The notes under the pieces: generated by a model
What the model was told of the DNA's origin: nothing
The model's input: the letters and a program-made list of their open reading frames with translations, nothing else
Databases searched by the model: none
Position numbers and translations under genes: made by a program
In this document: positions 1-10,239 of the stretch, piece after piece
Layout of the letters: each line of letters begins with the position of its first letter
Position numbering within the stretch: position 1 is the first letter of the stretch
Virus record (IMG/VR): IMGVR_UViG_3300024219_000010
Location: 1-40,008 of that record
Strand: one strand, 5' to 3'
Origin: a virus
Taxonomy: Duplodnaviria; Caudoviricetes
Length of the DNA: 40,008 bases

Positions 1-1335
1 CTGCATACGACGTTCCACGATCATGTCATGCGTCTACAGCCAGAGCTAGTTGAGATGACAAGCAATGGAGTGTTAGCGGATGGAGAACGCAAGGATCGTC
101 TCTCAGTCGAGCTTGGAAGAGAGCTTGAAGAAGCAAGACGACTATGCCAAGTCAAGGCACGTGAGGCAACTGGAGTTGCTGATTACGAATTTAATCCCAA
201 CAGTAGTAAGCAACTTGCTAACCTCTTCTTTGACGAGTTGCACTTGGTCGGACGAGGAACGTCTACGGATTACGAAAATCGTGAGCGTATTAGAAGGCAT
301 CCACGCACTCCACCAGCAGCTAAAGACCTTATCGTTGCCATTGATACGTTCAAGGAGCAAGCCAAGTTCGTCTCCACCTACATTAGAGCAGAGCCAGACG
401 ACGACGGACGCTGGCGTTGCTCATGGAAGCAAACAGGAGTCAGTTCCGCTCCTGGACGCCTCAGCAGTGCTCAAACAAACTGGTCTACCGGGCTGAACTT
501 CCAGAACATACCTGAGAACGCGAAAGATATGTTCGTTGCACCCCCCGGTTGGGAGTTCAGCTATTACGACATGGCCCAGATCGAGGCCAGGATTGTTGCT
601 TTCTTGGCACACATCCCTGTGTGGAAGTTACAGTTTGAGAATGCACGCTTGCATCCTGGCTCATATGATGCACATTGTGCACTAGCTGCGGAGATGTATA
701 GGGTCCCCTATGACGACGTTCCTCGACAAGACCGAGATGCTTCAGGCAAACCTACCATCCGGTATGTTTCAAAGCGGTGTCGCCACGGCCTCAACTACAG
801 GATGGCAGCCGACAAGCTCGCCACCGTCACAGGATTGCCATACGTTGAAGCTGAGCAGGCTTATCGCCTCTACCACATGGCAACGCCACAGGTCCAACTG
901 TGGTGGGATGACGTTATTGACCTCGTGCGACGGCAAGGGTCTGTCACTACTTGTCTTGGAAGACGATGGGTCCTACTAGAACGCTTTGATCCGGCTGCGC
1001 TCGATAGCATCGTTGCTTTCGAGCCGCAGTCGATCAATGGAGACTGGACTAGCAGCGTCATCTACAAGTGCCACTCTGATCCTGAGTGGCCATCCACTGC
1101 ACGCATCCTCATCAACGTGCATGATGCAAACATAGCATTGAACCGACATGAAGATGGTCCTACAGTGAGGGCCATTATGAAGCGTCATGCGGAGCAACCG
1201 CTGTGGATCAACTCAATCCAAAATCGCTTGCGTGGCATAGACGATCCAGAGCCACTCATCATACCAGCAGAGATGGGTGTATCCTTGCCGGATGCTCATG
1301 GAGTTCACCGCTGGAGCACAATCAAGAAGGTGTAG
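1..1335 (+). CDS. polA: Family A DNA polymerase, C-terminal polymerase domain (5'-truncated by window edge)
   Basis: Frame is open from base 1. Motifs present: GRLSS...LNFQNIP, motif A YYDMAQIEARIVA, motif B RYVSKRCRHGLNY, motif C LINVHDA. Confidence 0.95.
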   Translation: MHTTFHDHVMRLQPELVEMTSNGVLADGERKDRLSVELGRELEEARRLCQVKAREATGVADYEFNPNSSKQLANLFFDELHLVGRGTSTDYENRERIRRHPRTPPAAKDLIVAIDTFKEQAKFVSTYIRAEPDDDGRWRCSWKQTGVSSAPGRLSSAQTNWSTGLNFQNIPENAKDMFVAPPGWEFSYYDMAQIEARIVAFLAHIPVWKLQFENARLHPGSYDAHCALAAEMYRVPYDDVPRQDRDASGKPTIRYVSKRCRHGLNYRMAADKLATVTGLPYVEAEQAYRLYHMATPQVQLWWDDVIDLVRRQGSVTTCLGRRWVLLERFDPAALDSIVAFEPQSINGDWTSSVIYKCHSDPEWPSTARILINVHDANIALNRHEDGPTVRAIMKRHAEQPLWINSIQNRLRGIDDPEPLIIPAEMGVSLPDAHGVHRWSTIKKV

Positions 1336-2583
1336 ATGCGCAACTACCAACGCCTAGTCCCAGCCAACAGCTTCATGGGCCGATACTTGTCCTATATGCA
1401 GAGCCAAGAGACTGCTGAGGCATTCGACTTCTGGTCTGCACTATGGGTAATCAGCACAGCATGTGGACGCTTCACTCATGTGGCACGTCCTAGAGCGCCT
1501 GTCTACCTCAACATGTTCGTAGTGCTAGTAGGAGAGAGTGGTGTCGCCAGAAAGTCCACTGCTATTCGTAGTGCTACTAGCCTCGCTAGGCATTGCACTG
1601 GTGGCGCTTCTAAAGTGGGTCTTATAGATGCTAAGGTCACACCTGAGAAGCTAGAGGAGATATTGCATGATCGCACAGCAGAGTTGGGCACAGCACAGTT
1701 GGCGATTGCCATCCCTGAGTTGGCTGTATTCTTGGGCACAGAACAATACATCGCACACATGCCTGTTCTACTCACCGACTTATATGATTGCCCTGATGAA
1801 CGACACAGTGGTGGGACCATTGCTAGAGGAGCCACTTATCACCACAAGGTATGGCTCAACTTTATCAGTGCATCAACTCCGATCTGGTTGCTCAAGACAG
1901 TTAATCCAAACGTCATTGAGGGAGGCTTCACCTCACGCTGCTACTTCATTATCAGTAACACGCCCAAGTCCAAGATCGCATGGCCATCAGAACTCGATAG
2001 TATGCTTTACAAAGACCTGTGCGATGACGTTAAGATTATGGCGATGGAGGCAAGGAGTAAAGGACCAATACAGATCACTCCATCTGCACTCATGGTATTC
2101 ACCAAGTGGTATGGAGAGCGAGGCCACTCACTTGATAGCTTCAAGCAATCCTTTGAAGCCAGAGAGGATGCACACATACTCAGGGTTGCTGGCTTACTTA
2201 GCGTCAATGACGGAAGCTACGTCATTAGCCGAGGCCATGTCCGCATTGCAATCCGTCTCATCGAAGGAATAAAGCTCAGCAGTGGCCTGATCTTTGAGAC
2301 AACGGAACAGCGCACTAAGTTCGCACAGGCACTCGACATCATACGCTCACAGCTTGTCAGCACAGGGATGGACCCTATACAGCGTGGTCGTCTCTACCTG
2401 AAGTGTCGTTCATACCTCAGCAATGCCGAGTTCCTCACACTGTTAGAAGTGATGCATGAGGTCGGAGCCATCCAGCGGTTCGAGTTCAAGAGCGATCGAG
2501 GGAGGCCAGCAGACTACATACGCGGCACCAACCTATTACTTTCCAATGGGTTAGGGGCTGCTGTTCTCGATAGGTTCATGTGA
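1336..2583 (+). CDS. DUF3987/YfjI-like P-loop NTPase, probable replicative helicase-type protein
   Basis: NMFVVLVGESGVARKST P-loop, GGFTSR arginine-finger-like motif and possible C-terminal winged helix; directly follows polA. Confidence 0.7.
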   Translation: MRNYQRLVPANSFMGRYLSYMQSQETAEAFDFWSALWVISTACGRFTHVARPRAPVYLNMFVVLVGESGVARKSTAIRSATSLARHCTGGASKVGLIDAKVTPEKLEEILHDRTAELGTAQLAIAIPELAVFLGTEQYIAHMPVLLTDLYDCPDERHSGGTIARGATYHHKVWLNFISASTPIWLLKTVNPNVIEGGFTSRCYFIISNTPKSKIAWPSELDSMLYKDLCDDVKIMAMEARSKGPIQITPSALMVFTKWYGERGHSLDSFKQSFEAREDAHILRVAGLLSVNDGSYVISRGHVRIAIRLIEGIKLSSGLIFETTEQRTKFAQALDIIRSQLVSTGMDPIQRGRLYLKCRSYLSNAEFLTLLEVMHEVGAIQRFEFKSDRGRPADYIRGTNLLLSNGLGAAVLDRFM

Positions 2584-2780
2584 TTGTATCTACAATCTCT
2601 CGTAGTGGGAGGACGCTCCTCCCATGACGGATCATTCCGACTATTCCTATAGGAATGCAACTTCGTGACAGGGGCCTCGATTTGTGGTATTGGCTAGTAT
2701 AGCTAGTGTGGAGAGGCTCAGGGTGCTGCGCACTGTATATATTATATAATTGTGTTATTTATATTGCGTAGCGTAATTGG
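2582..2780. other. Convergent intergenic region with clustered inverted repeats and an AT-rich block
   Basis: GATTGTA/TACAATC 2582-2597, TGGGAGGA/TCCTCCCA 2606-2624, palindrome ATTCCTATAGGAAT 2643-2656, GTGC/GCAC 2723-2733, AT-rich ~2734-2765. Confidence 0.6.
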
Positions 2781-5700
2781 CTAATGATGGAATTGTTCTA
2801 CATTACCATCCCATTTGATATGCGACGCTACATCAACATGTCTATCACCAGCCATACCAGATAGCTGTGAGTTTAAGTCTAGCAGACGCTCATGTAGTTT
2901 AGTGTATTGGTCATACAAGTCACTAGACAGCTTGTTACCAATACGCCGCTTCTCTTCTGGCTGGAATGGACTCTGTTTCAAGTTGTCTATCTGTGCTCGT
3001 ATCTCATTGATGCGTGGCATGATCTCTCTGTTGATACTCTTACCCATCTGAGCAGTATGCAGATACAGGTCACGCATCTGTGGGTCCTGTGGAAGTGCTT
3101 GTGTGTTCACTAGGATAGGCGCACCACCAGATGACTTAGTGAAGCCTTCTCCTCGCATCTCACTAGATGCACCAGTGAGTGGTGCGATGTTCCTCCACAT
3201 GTTCATGGTCCGCTCCTCAAGCGAACCATAGCTAGATTGCTTCAGGTTGTGTTGCCAGACATGATTAAGGTATGGTGTCTGGTCTTGCCATTCCTGTTTG
3301 TAATCACCTAGCAATCCAGTCCAAGCCCATTCCTTGTCTACCTTTGCACGACCAACATAGTTGTTGGCTAGGTCATATGCTGCCCCTCCTGCTGCACCGA
3401 GTGAACTCATAACAGCTTTGAGAGTGGCAGCATCGAGAGAGAGGGTCATCCGATCAGTATCCTTCTGACCAGGAGGCCCTTGCTTCTGCACTCCTCCACC
3501 CATTGTCATGTTGCTATCGAGTGGTTGACCAGACAGAAGATTGTTAATCATCTGCTCAGGGATGTTCTTCATCTGCTCACCTGTAGCACCTGCCACGATC
3601 AGACCAACGTGTGGTGATACATCCAGTGGTATCTGACCTGCAATACCTATACCTGTCTGCTTCAACACATCCGTAGTCACATGGTGATCAAACACATTGG
3701 AGATCATGTGACTAATGCGAGTCAAGCTGTCTTCATCAGCATGTGCATTCCATGATCCAACGGCATGACCAACCAGCCCACTGATGAATGGAAAGATGGC
3801 CTGCCACTCATTAGGTATGGGTATCTCAGTGTGTTGATTAGGATCAGTTCCCTGACCATGATAGATGACACCATTGCGTGCCTTCGTGCCATTAGATGTC
3901 TGGTTCTCTAGATGATCTACATGACCTTTACCACTGACCAATGCAGAGATATGTTCTGCCAATGCCAATGGGATTAGGATGGATGCAACCGTTGTGCCCA
4001 TTGCAATCGGTCGATCACGGAATGCAGCTAATGCTCTACCCGTGCCTTGCACACTAGCGTTGTAGAATGGCGCTGTGCGAGACAGAGCCTGTGTGACTTT
4101 GCCAACACCACGTGTGCCAGGATTGCCAGTCACATCCTGAACTTCTCTAGCTAGTGTCCGTGGTGTGAACTTCGGATTGCCTTTGTTGATGTCATGGTAG
4201 AAGCTGTGTGGTGCATCACTGATGACGTTATAGAGATCGCGTGCTAATGCTCGTAGGCTCAGATAGGACTCAGCACTACCACGCACGATCCCATTGGCTG
4301 TGTTCTTCACCACGTTGGGCAGTGGCACACGATCAGGGATCAGCACGAAGTTAGGATGGTTGAGCATAGGAGACACAGAACTTGATGTCGGATCACGATA
4401 GCTTCCTGTTAGGGTTGTCGTGAAGCCTTCCATCTGCTGTGTGTTTCTGTTGCCTCCACCACCGACACCGATGGCTTGTCGCTCTGCAAGGCTAGTTGCA
4501 GCTATACGAGCACGCATCCAATCAACCCAGCTATCAACTGCATCATGACCAAATACCTTACGCAGTGATGCCGACATTGGATTGGTTCTGCTGCCGAGCA
4601 TGTCAGCCATGTGACTGGCAGTGACTGTAGACACATCCTTTGCACCTGTGATGACGCTTCCTATTGGGAACGTAGGATCATACGGCAGTCGTAGTCCTGT
4701 AGCTCTGTCGAGATAACCTCGGTATGCTCCTTTACCTGCTTGTGCAGGGATCAATGCCATATCACGTATGGCTTGCTTGATTGCAAAGGGATGTCCTGCG
4801 ATCATAGCCAGTGGACCTGTTGTCATGTTCTGATAGAACTGACGTATGTTGTTGGCTACTCCCATACCAATCCCCATGTTATGAGGATTGCTTGTAAGAG
4901 ATGAATACAGTGCAGTGTTGTGTATGTCGAAGTGTCGTGGTCCTGCTGCTGTGTTAACAGTTATACTTCTACGCAAGCCAGATGGCTCTGCTGTCTCAGT
5001 CAACAACTTAGGGAATGAAGGATCAGCAGCTTGTTCTCTAGCTAGTCGAAGGACATACGTGCGCTGCCACTCATTCTTCTGTGCAGTGCGTATGGACTTA
5101 TCGAAGTGATTGATCATTGCTTGCCAAGCGTCAGTTGGCAAATCTCTATAGCCACTCCCTGGCTCTCTGATCCTACCATCCCACGAGTGTAGATACTCTC
5201 CTTCAGCACCTATCGTTGGCATGAAGTCAGGATATACATTGCGAGCATGATTGGCTTGTGCAGGTGTGATCATGCCACGAGTCTCGTAGCTGTCTACGAT
5301 GGCAGACTGTATTGCCTTGTTAGCATCTAGCCATGCCTTCACTTGTGGATCAGCCTCTGCTGCGGCCACCTGCTTACGCATCTCAGCCGTATCTACTCCT
5401 GTGAAGCTGACACGAGAGTCTGCTTCGGACATGCCTGATCGTAAGTTAGCATCACGCACATTCAACTCATTCTTATACCAAGCAGCATAGTTAGCTGCTG
5501 TCTTTTGGTCATCTCCTAATGTGTCCCATGTCCGCTTGTAGTCAATGATCTTTGGGAATGAATGCCCACTACCTTCTTCTGCACCTGTCCTGAACAGTGC
5601 CTCCATCCTACGATTGGCATTCGATGGATTGTTGACCATCTCATTAGCAGACTTCAACAAGTCTGCTTCTTGTGTGCCCTTACCCTCAAGTCCTGTAGCC

Positions 5701-6668
5701 AATTCATTCATTACTGCATTCGGATTGTATGCATTCCTGGCCAAGCGACGAGACAGCCCACCTGCATCGTTAGGCATCATCATCTCGATGGGAGGACCAT
5801 TGCGTGGTATCGGACTATCCACTAGTGCGTTGAGGTCTACAATGTTACGAGACCTACCACGCAATGCATCTGCTGTAGCATTGAGCATCTGTGGACCAGC
5901 ACGCGCACCAAGCCAAGCTAAGCCTAGTGCCGCACCTGTGACAAGTGCAGCCTGACCATATGACCATCCTGTGTCATTGTCAGGTGGTAGTGGTGTTGTT
6001 GGTGTTCCTTCATGTCCAACCACAGCAGGCAGTTCTGTCTTACCACCTTCTTGTCCTACTACTTCTGGTAGACTCAATTCAGGCGGTGCCATTGCACCAC
6101 TTACACCACCAGCAATAGCACCGATACCCGCTGTGCTCGCAGGAGGTAGTGCAGTGCGTAGTGGCAGAGATAGTAGTCGCGGTAGTGCAGTTACACCAGG
6201 AGGCACTACAGCAGATGCACCTTGGCCTATGCCAATGCCTATGTCTTGGCCTACCTTCTCAGCATCTGTAGTCGGATCAGCATGTGGGATTGCATTCAAT
6301 ACACTTCGCACAGACTCGCGTGCTATCTCTCTTGCACCCTCTCCTCCTGGGACGTGAACATCCTCATTAGGGATCGTTGGCGTGACACTTGCGAACTCTG
6401 GACTGAGCCGCTGCATGAATTGCGCAGCAGGTTTGCCAATTTGGTTCATACCTAGATCAGCAAGTCCTGTAATGCCTCCATATGCTAAGCCAGCCATCCC
6501 CTTGAATGGAAGATAGTTGGTCCAATCAGATGAGTCTGCACCACCAATAACAGGTGGCATGATGTTGGCTACCACACCAAGCGGTATACCTTGCAGACCA
6601 TACAAGTATGCCTGCTGAGCTTCATCTTTGTTACCAGTATATTCTTGCAGACGTGTCCGCTCGGCCAT
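2781..6668 (-). CDS. Large internal virion/ejection protein (1295 aa), LPD38-like C-terminal region
   Basis: Last and largest gene of the late operon. Ala/Gly-rich with hydrophobic segments; PFYNASVQG...IPIPNEW resembles large polyvalent ejection proteins. Confidence 0.7.
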   Translation of the reverse strand: MAERTRLQEYTGNKDEAQQAYLYGLQGIPLGVVANIMPPVIGGADSSDWTNYLPFKGMAGLAYGGITGLADLGMNQIGKPAAQFMQRLSPEFASVTPTIPNEDVHVPGGEGAREIARESVRSVLNAIPHADPTTDAEKVGQDIGIGIGQGASAVVPPGVTALPRLLSLPLRTALPPASTAGIGAIAGGVSGAMAPPELSLPEVVGQEGGKTELPAVVGHEGTPTTPLPPDNDTGWSYGQAALVTGAALGLAWLGARAGPQMLNATADALRGRSRNIVDLNALVDSPIPRNGPPIEMMMPNDAGGLSRRLARNAYNPNAVMNELATGLEGKGTQEADLLKSANEMVNNPSNANRRMEALFRTGAEEGSGHSFPKIIDYKRTWDTLGDDQKTAANYAAWYKNELNVRDANLRSGMSEADSRVSFTGVDTAEMRKQVAAAEADPQVKAWLDANKAIQSAIVDSYETRGMITPAQANHARNVYPDFMPTIGAEGEYLHSWDGRIREPGSGYRDLPTDAWQAMINHFDKSIRTAQKNEWQRTYVLRLAREQAADPSFPKLLTETAEPSGLRRSITVNTAAGPRHFDIHNTALYSSLTSNPHNMGIGMGVANNIRQFYQNMTTGPLAMIAGHPFAIKQAIRDMALIPAQAGKGAYRGYLDRATGLRLPYDPTFPIGSVITGAKDVSTVTASHMADMLGSRTNPMSASLRKVFGHDAVDSWVDWMRARIAATSLAERQAIGVGGGGNRNTQQMEGFTTTLTGSYRDPTSSSVSPMLNHPNFVLIPDRVPLPNVVKNTANGIVRGSAESYLSLRALARDLYNVISDAPHSFYHDINKGNPKFTPRTLAREVQDVTGNPGTRGVGKVTQALSRTAPFYNASVQGTGRALAAFRDRPIAMGTTVASILIPLALAEHISALVSGKGHVDHLENQTSNGTKARNGVIYHGQGTDPNQHTEIPIPNEWQAIFPFISGLVGHAVGSWNAHADEDSLTRISHMISNVFDHHVTTDVLKQTGIGIAGQIPLDVSPHVGLIVAGATGEQMKNIPEQMINNLLSGQPLDSNMTMGGGVQKQGPPGQKDTDRMTLSLDAATLKAVMSSLGAAGGAAYDLANNYVGRAKVDKEWAWTGLLGDYKQEWQDQTPYLNHVWQHNLKQSSYGSLEERTMNMWRNIAPLTGASSEMRGEGFTKSSGGAPILVNTQALPQDPQMRDLYLHTAQMGKSINREIMPRINEIRAQIDNLKQSPFQPEEKRRIGNKLSSDLYDQYTKLHERLLDLNSQLSGMAGDRHVDVASHIKWDGNVEQFHH

Positions 6669-6707
6669 GCTACAATCCTAGATCATACTGCTTACCAGAC
6701 CCACCTG

Positions 6708-7637
6708 TTACCGCAGTCTTCCCATTTGGAGCTTAGTGATTGTGAATGTAGTGCCAGTCATACCTTTTTGTAGATCAGCAGCAACAGCTTTAGCAGTAGC
6801 ATCGGAACTCTTACTGAGTCGATCCGTCAACTTCATGGCTTGTGTCTGTGCAGCCTTACCAGCAGGACTGTTCGTGTCTAGACGCTGTGGCCCCGGTGGT
6901 GTAGATGTTGTCTTACCACTTCCTTCTGTCTGTGCAGGAGGTAGACTCGGAACTCTTCCACCACTCCGTGCTATTCTCCGACGCTCTGCTTCAGCATCAA
7001 GTGCTGCTTGTCCTTGTTGTGCTCTACTAACTGGCACAGTCATAGAGCCACCCTGCTTCAATCCTTCTGCTGTGTCAGGAAAGTCAGATGTCAGATGTAT
7101 CTTATCCTCTTTGGTTCCACCACCACTAGCAGCAGCACGTATCCTTGCAGCTTGAACAAGGTCTGTCTCACCAATGGGTGTGCCAGCATACCGCTCTAGG
7201 CCAGGGACCAAGCCAAATGGAACCTGAGCACCAGCATGTGCAAGTGATCCCCATCCTGCACCTGCCTTCTGGAAGTTCTCAGATGACTGTGCTAAGTTAG
7301 TAGCACCTGCAAACCTAGCCAATGCCTCTGGATCAGCACCAAGATCAAGTCCTGTGCCACTACTTCGTGCAAAGTCTACACCACCAGGCAGCTTAGCTAT
7401 ATCAGTGAAGCCTTTCAGCTTCTCAGCAGCCATTTGCCTAGCCAACTGATCATAGGCATACTGGTGCTGTGCTTGCACTTCGTCTTCATAGCCCTGCTGT
7501 GCAATGTTACGGTTAGACCGATACATGTTCAGCAGTGGAAGGGCATACTGTCCTTCTATTTTGTTGGCTAGCTCACCTTCAATCGGATACGGAGAGATAG
7601 CTTGTGGACTAGGTAGACTGAAAGGTGTGATTGCCAT
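6708..7637 (-). CDS. Putative ejection (internal virion) protein; C-terminus possibly frameshifted
   Basis: Lies between ejection-type genes; Ala/Gln/Gly-rich; starts MAIT with GAGG upstream. Confidence 0.6.
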   Translation of the reverse strand: MAITPFSLPSPQAISPYPIEGELANKIEGQYALPLLNMYRSNRNIAQQGYEDEVQAQHQYAYDQLARQMAAEKLKGFTDIAKLPGGVDFARSSGTGLDLGADPEALARFAGATNLAQSSENFQKAGAGWGSLAHAGAQVPFGLVPGLERYAGTPIGETDLVQAARIRAAASGGGTKEDKIHLTSDFPDTAEGLKQGGSMTVPVSRAQQGQAALDAEAERRRIARSGGRVPSLPPAQTEGSGKTTSTPPGPQRLDTNSPAGKAAQTQAMKLTDRLSKSSDATAKAVAADLQKGMTGTTFTITKLQMGRLR

Positions 7638-7644
7638 AGCTACC

Positions 7645-8673
7645 TCACGAATTTATCAAGTCGTTCTTGGCTTGTGATGTTGAGTCACTACCGAACCAGT
7701 CAGCAAGCCCTTTTTGCACATTCTTGTCTTTGAATACATCACCTAGCTGACTACCAAGAGCTGCCAATGCAGCGGCTCTAGAGTCCGTGAGTGGTATTGA
7801 TCCAGCCAAGTTCCCAACTGCATCTGCTTGTCCCTTGTTAGCTGCGGCTGTAGCATTGAGACCATATGCAGCAGTGACACCAGCGTTGTTGGCTCTGCTA
7901 GTGAGTGCAGCCAACATATCTTTGTTGTCTGTGCGAGGAGCAATACCTGGATACTGGAACTGAGGAGTGCCAGCAGCCATTGCTGTGGTCAGATCACCAG
8001 CCAATCCCTGTCTACGTGTATTGTTTATGTTGTCTGCACCAGTAATACCTTGCAGTCGAGCATCTATCATGCCCTTCTGCAAGCTGGCTGCACTTTCTCT
8101 ACCGATCCTACTCATCACATCACCTGCCGCAGTGCCACTACGAGTGAACTGTCTCAGTGTATCCTGTATGATAGGACGATATGCTTCTGTGTTAGCAGTG
8201 GCTGCTCGTTCAGTTAGCAATGAAGTAAGCTCATCACCAGTCATAGGCTGGAACTGTTCATATCTACGACGTGCTGCATCAATCAATGGCTGAGCACGTG
8301 CTGCATTGATGTCTGCTCGTGCATTAGCACCTTGTGCCTGCCGCACATCAGTCGTATTACGTAGTATAGATGCCTGATCCGCAGCCGTCTGTGCTGCTTG
8401 TGGACCAGGACCAAGCTGTTGCACCCATTGATTGGTAGCTGGATCATAGACTAGGCTTGACCCTTGCGAGTCACTGAAGCCAGCACGTCCTAGCTTGCCA
8501 ATCTGTGCATTCTGTATCGCAGCATTGATAGCATTCTGGCGTGCATCAGCCAACTGTTGATCGTATAGGTCAGTGCGTTGTCCTGCACCTCTACTACCCG
8601 CCTGTATAGCTGATGATGCTATACCACCAGCAGCAGTCAGGCCACCAGCAATGAGTGCTGCGGTGATCGCCAT
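7645..8673 (-). CDS. Putative ejection (DNA transfer/pilot) protein
   Basis: Hydrophobic Gly/Ala N-terminus MAITAALIAGGLTAAGGIASSAI followed by Gln/Ala-rich helical body, typical of podovirus ejection proteins. Confidence 0.7.
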   Translation of the reverse strand: MAITAALIAGGLTAAGGIASSAIQAGSRGAGQRTDLYDQQLADARQNAINAAIQNAQIGKLGRAGFSDSQGSSLVYDPATNQWVQQLGPGPQAAQTAADQASILRNTTDVRQAQGANARADINAARAQPLIDAARRRYEQFQPMTGDELTSLLTERAATANTEAYRPIIQDTLRQFTRSGTAAGDVMSRIGRESAASLQKGMIDARLQGITGADNINNTRRQGLAGDLTTAMAAGTPQFQYPGIAPRTDNKDMLAALTSRANNAGVTAAYGLNATAAANKGQADAVGNLAGSIPLTDSRAAALAALGSQLGDVFKDKNVQKGLADWFGSDSTSQAKNDLINS

Positions 8674-8674
8674 A

Positions 8675-9121
8675 CTACAACACCTTTATGTAGATTTGTT
8701 CAGTAAGTGTGAAGCCCAGCTTAGGGAACAGCGGCTTCACATCATAAATGGCCCTGAAGCCATGCAGCATCACAGCAGCCTTCGTGGTCCTAAGGTATAT
8801 CTCTGCACTCTCCACTAGCAGTGTGCCTACACCTTTACCTCTGTGCTTAGTGGCCACTGCCAACGTGTTACACATGGCATGCTCCAAGCCTCCATGCTGC
8901 GGATGTGGCATGATCATATACATGGCAAAGCCAATTAGCTCTGCACTCTCACGAGCACTTATGATAACCAGCCGACCCTGATCTTCCAAGCTACGGTAGA
9001 AGGACCACACCATCTGCAATGGCGGGATGCCCTCTTGCGCAGTCGTGTCTGCATAGTAGCTCTTAATGAGTGCATCCATCTCAGACTCAGCAAGTGCCAA
9101 TGTCTCCATCATGATCTGCAT
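8675..9121 (-). CDS. GNAT-family acyltransferase
   Basis: LIGFA strand, acetyl-CoA-binding motif A LAVATKHRGKGVGTLL, C-terminal LFPKLGF. Confidence 0.85.
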   Translation of the reverse strand: MQIMMETLALAESEMDALIKSYYADTTAQEGIPPLQMVWSFYRSLEDQGRLVIISARESAELIGFAMYMIMPHPQHGGLEHAMCNTLAVATKHRGKGVGTLLVESAEIYLRTTKAAVMLHGFRAIYDVKPLFPKLGFTLTEQIYIKVL

Positions 9122-10239
9122 CAGAATGCACCAGTGTTACCTAGACCACGCTGCTTCTTAGCTTCTTCATTTGGGTCTGTAAAGAATGGACTCTGACCAG
9201 CTACACCTCCAGATGGATTAGCAGCATTGGGATTGGTAGCCCCTTGCACTGCACCACCTGCATTGAGCAATTCTGTGAGGTCAGCGAACTTGGTCCCACC
9301 GACGGCATTGCGTAGCTCTCCACCAAAGCTACCAAGTTCAGACTGTGCTCTGGACTCAGCCTGTGACTTGTAAGCATTGGGATCGAATTGCTGGCCAAGC
9401 GTAAGACCACTTGCTGTGCTTCTGGCACCTGAGATAAGATCATCTATTGCACTCCGATCAGTGCCAAGAATACCACGACCCAAGTTCTGTATCTGTGACA
9501 GACCTGCACTGCGCTTCTGTCCAAGTGCATCCGTAGCAGCCTTATAGCCTGTGTCATTCAGCGTATGTCGCTTGAATGCATTCTGTAACTGCGAAGCCAG
9601 TGGATTAAACTGTTCATCAAGGATGGAGCCAGCATACTGATCCACTGTGCTGTCTGGTAACAACCCCTGTGAATACGTCGGTGTGAAGATGCTATTCAAC
9701 TGATTAGTTGCACTCGTCCGTCTACCACTGGTGATGTTCCCAAGGATGTCATCTGCGATGCTCGTTGGGAATGCAGCACTTGGATTGGGATCAAGGTCTT
9801 GCACCGAGTTGAACTGTCTCTGCAATGTAGGCTGTATGTCTGAGGCCATATAGGTGTTTGGGTCTACACCTTCTAACTGGAACCTACGCTGCACAGCAGC
9901 TAATGCATCATTGTATGCCGACTGCCTACGACCTGTGAAATCAGTCTCAGCTTGTTGTCCTGCTTGTGTCTTTGCAGCAGTAGCAGCATCACTTGCTGCT
10001 TTCTCTTGGGCTTGTCTCTGTTGGACATGTTGGTTCAATTGCTGTTCAGCACTCAGACCTTCACCAACAGGTATGCCCCATGCTTCACCCATAGACTGTG
10101 TATACACTGTCCCATCTACAGGATCGACATACGTCTTTGCTTGTGGAGCACTTTGTCCTCCACCTCCACCACCCTTGCTTCCACCACCTCGCATACCCAT
10201 GAACGTATGCAGATCGAGTTGACCGCTTGGAGTCCACAT
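9121..10239 (-). CDS. Putative ejection protein with short leader and Gly-rich N-terminus
   Basis: Start reassigned to ATG 10239 (TGATG overlap with upstream stop). Begins MWTPSGQLDLHTFMGMRGGGSKGGGGGG; Gln/Ala-rich body. Confidence 0.65.
   Translation of the reverse strand: MWTPSGQLDLHTFMGMRGGGSKGGGGGGQSAPQAKTYVDPVDGTVYTQSMGEAWGIPVGEGLSAEQQLNQHVQQRQAQEKAASDAATAAKTQAGQQAETDFTGRRQSAYNDALAAVQRRFQLEGVDPNTYMASDIQPTLQRQFNSVQDLDPNPSAAFPTSIADDILGNITSGRRTSATNQLNSIFTPTYSQGLLPDSTVDQYAGSILDEQFNPLASQLQNAFKRHTLNDTGYKAATDALGQKRSAGLSQIQNLGRGILGTDRSAIDDLISGARSTASGLTLGQQFDPNAYKSQAESRAQSELGSFGGELRNAVGGTKFADLTELLNAGGAVQGATNPNAANPSGGVAGQSPFFTDPNEEAKKQRGLGNTGAF

Noticed and set aside
1333-1338. In-frame TAG-ATG junction between polA and the helicase-like gene, suggesting read-through fusion or TAG recoding
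   Set aside because: The downstream gene has its own AAGG SD-like sequence. Long genes throughout the window have no internal TAG and several end in TAG, so the standard code fits.
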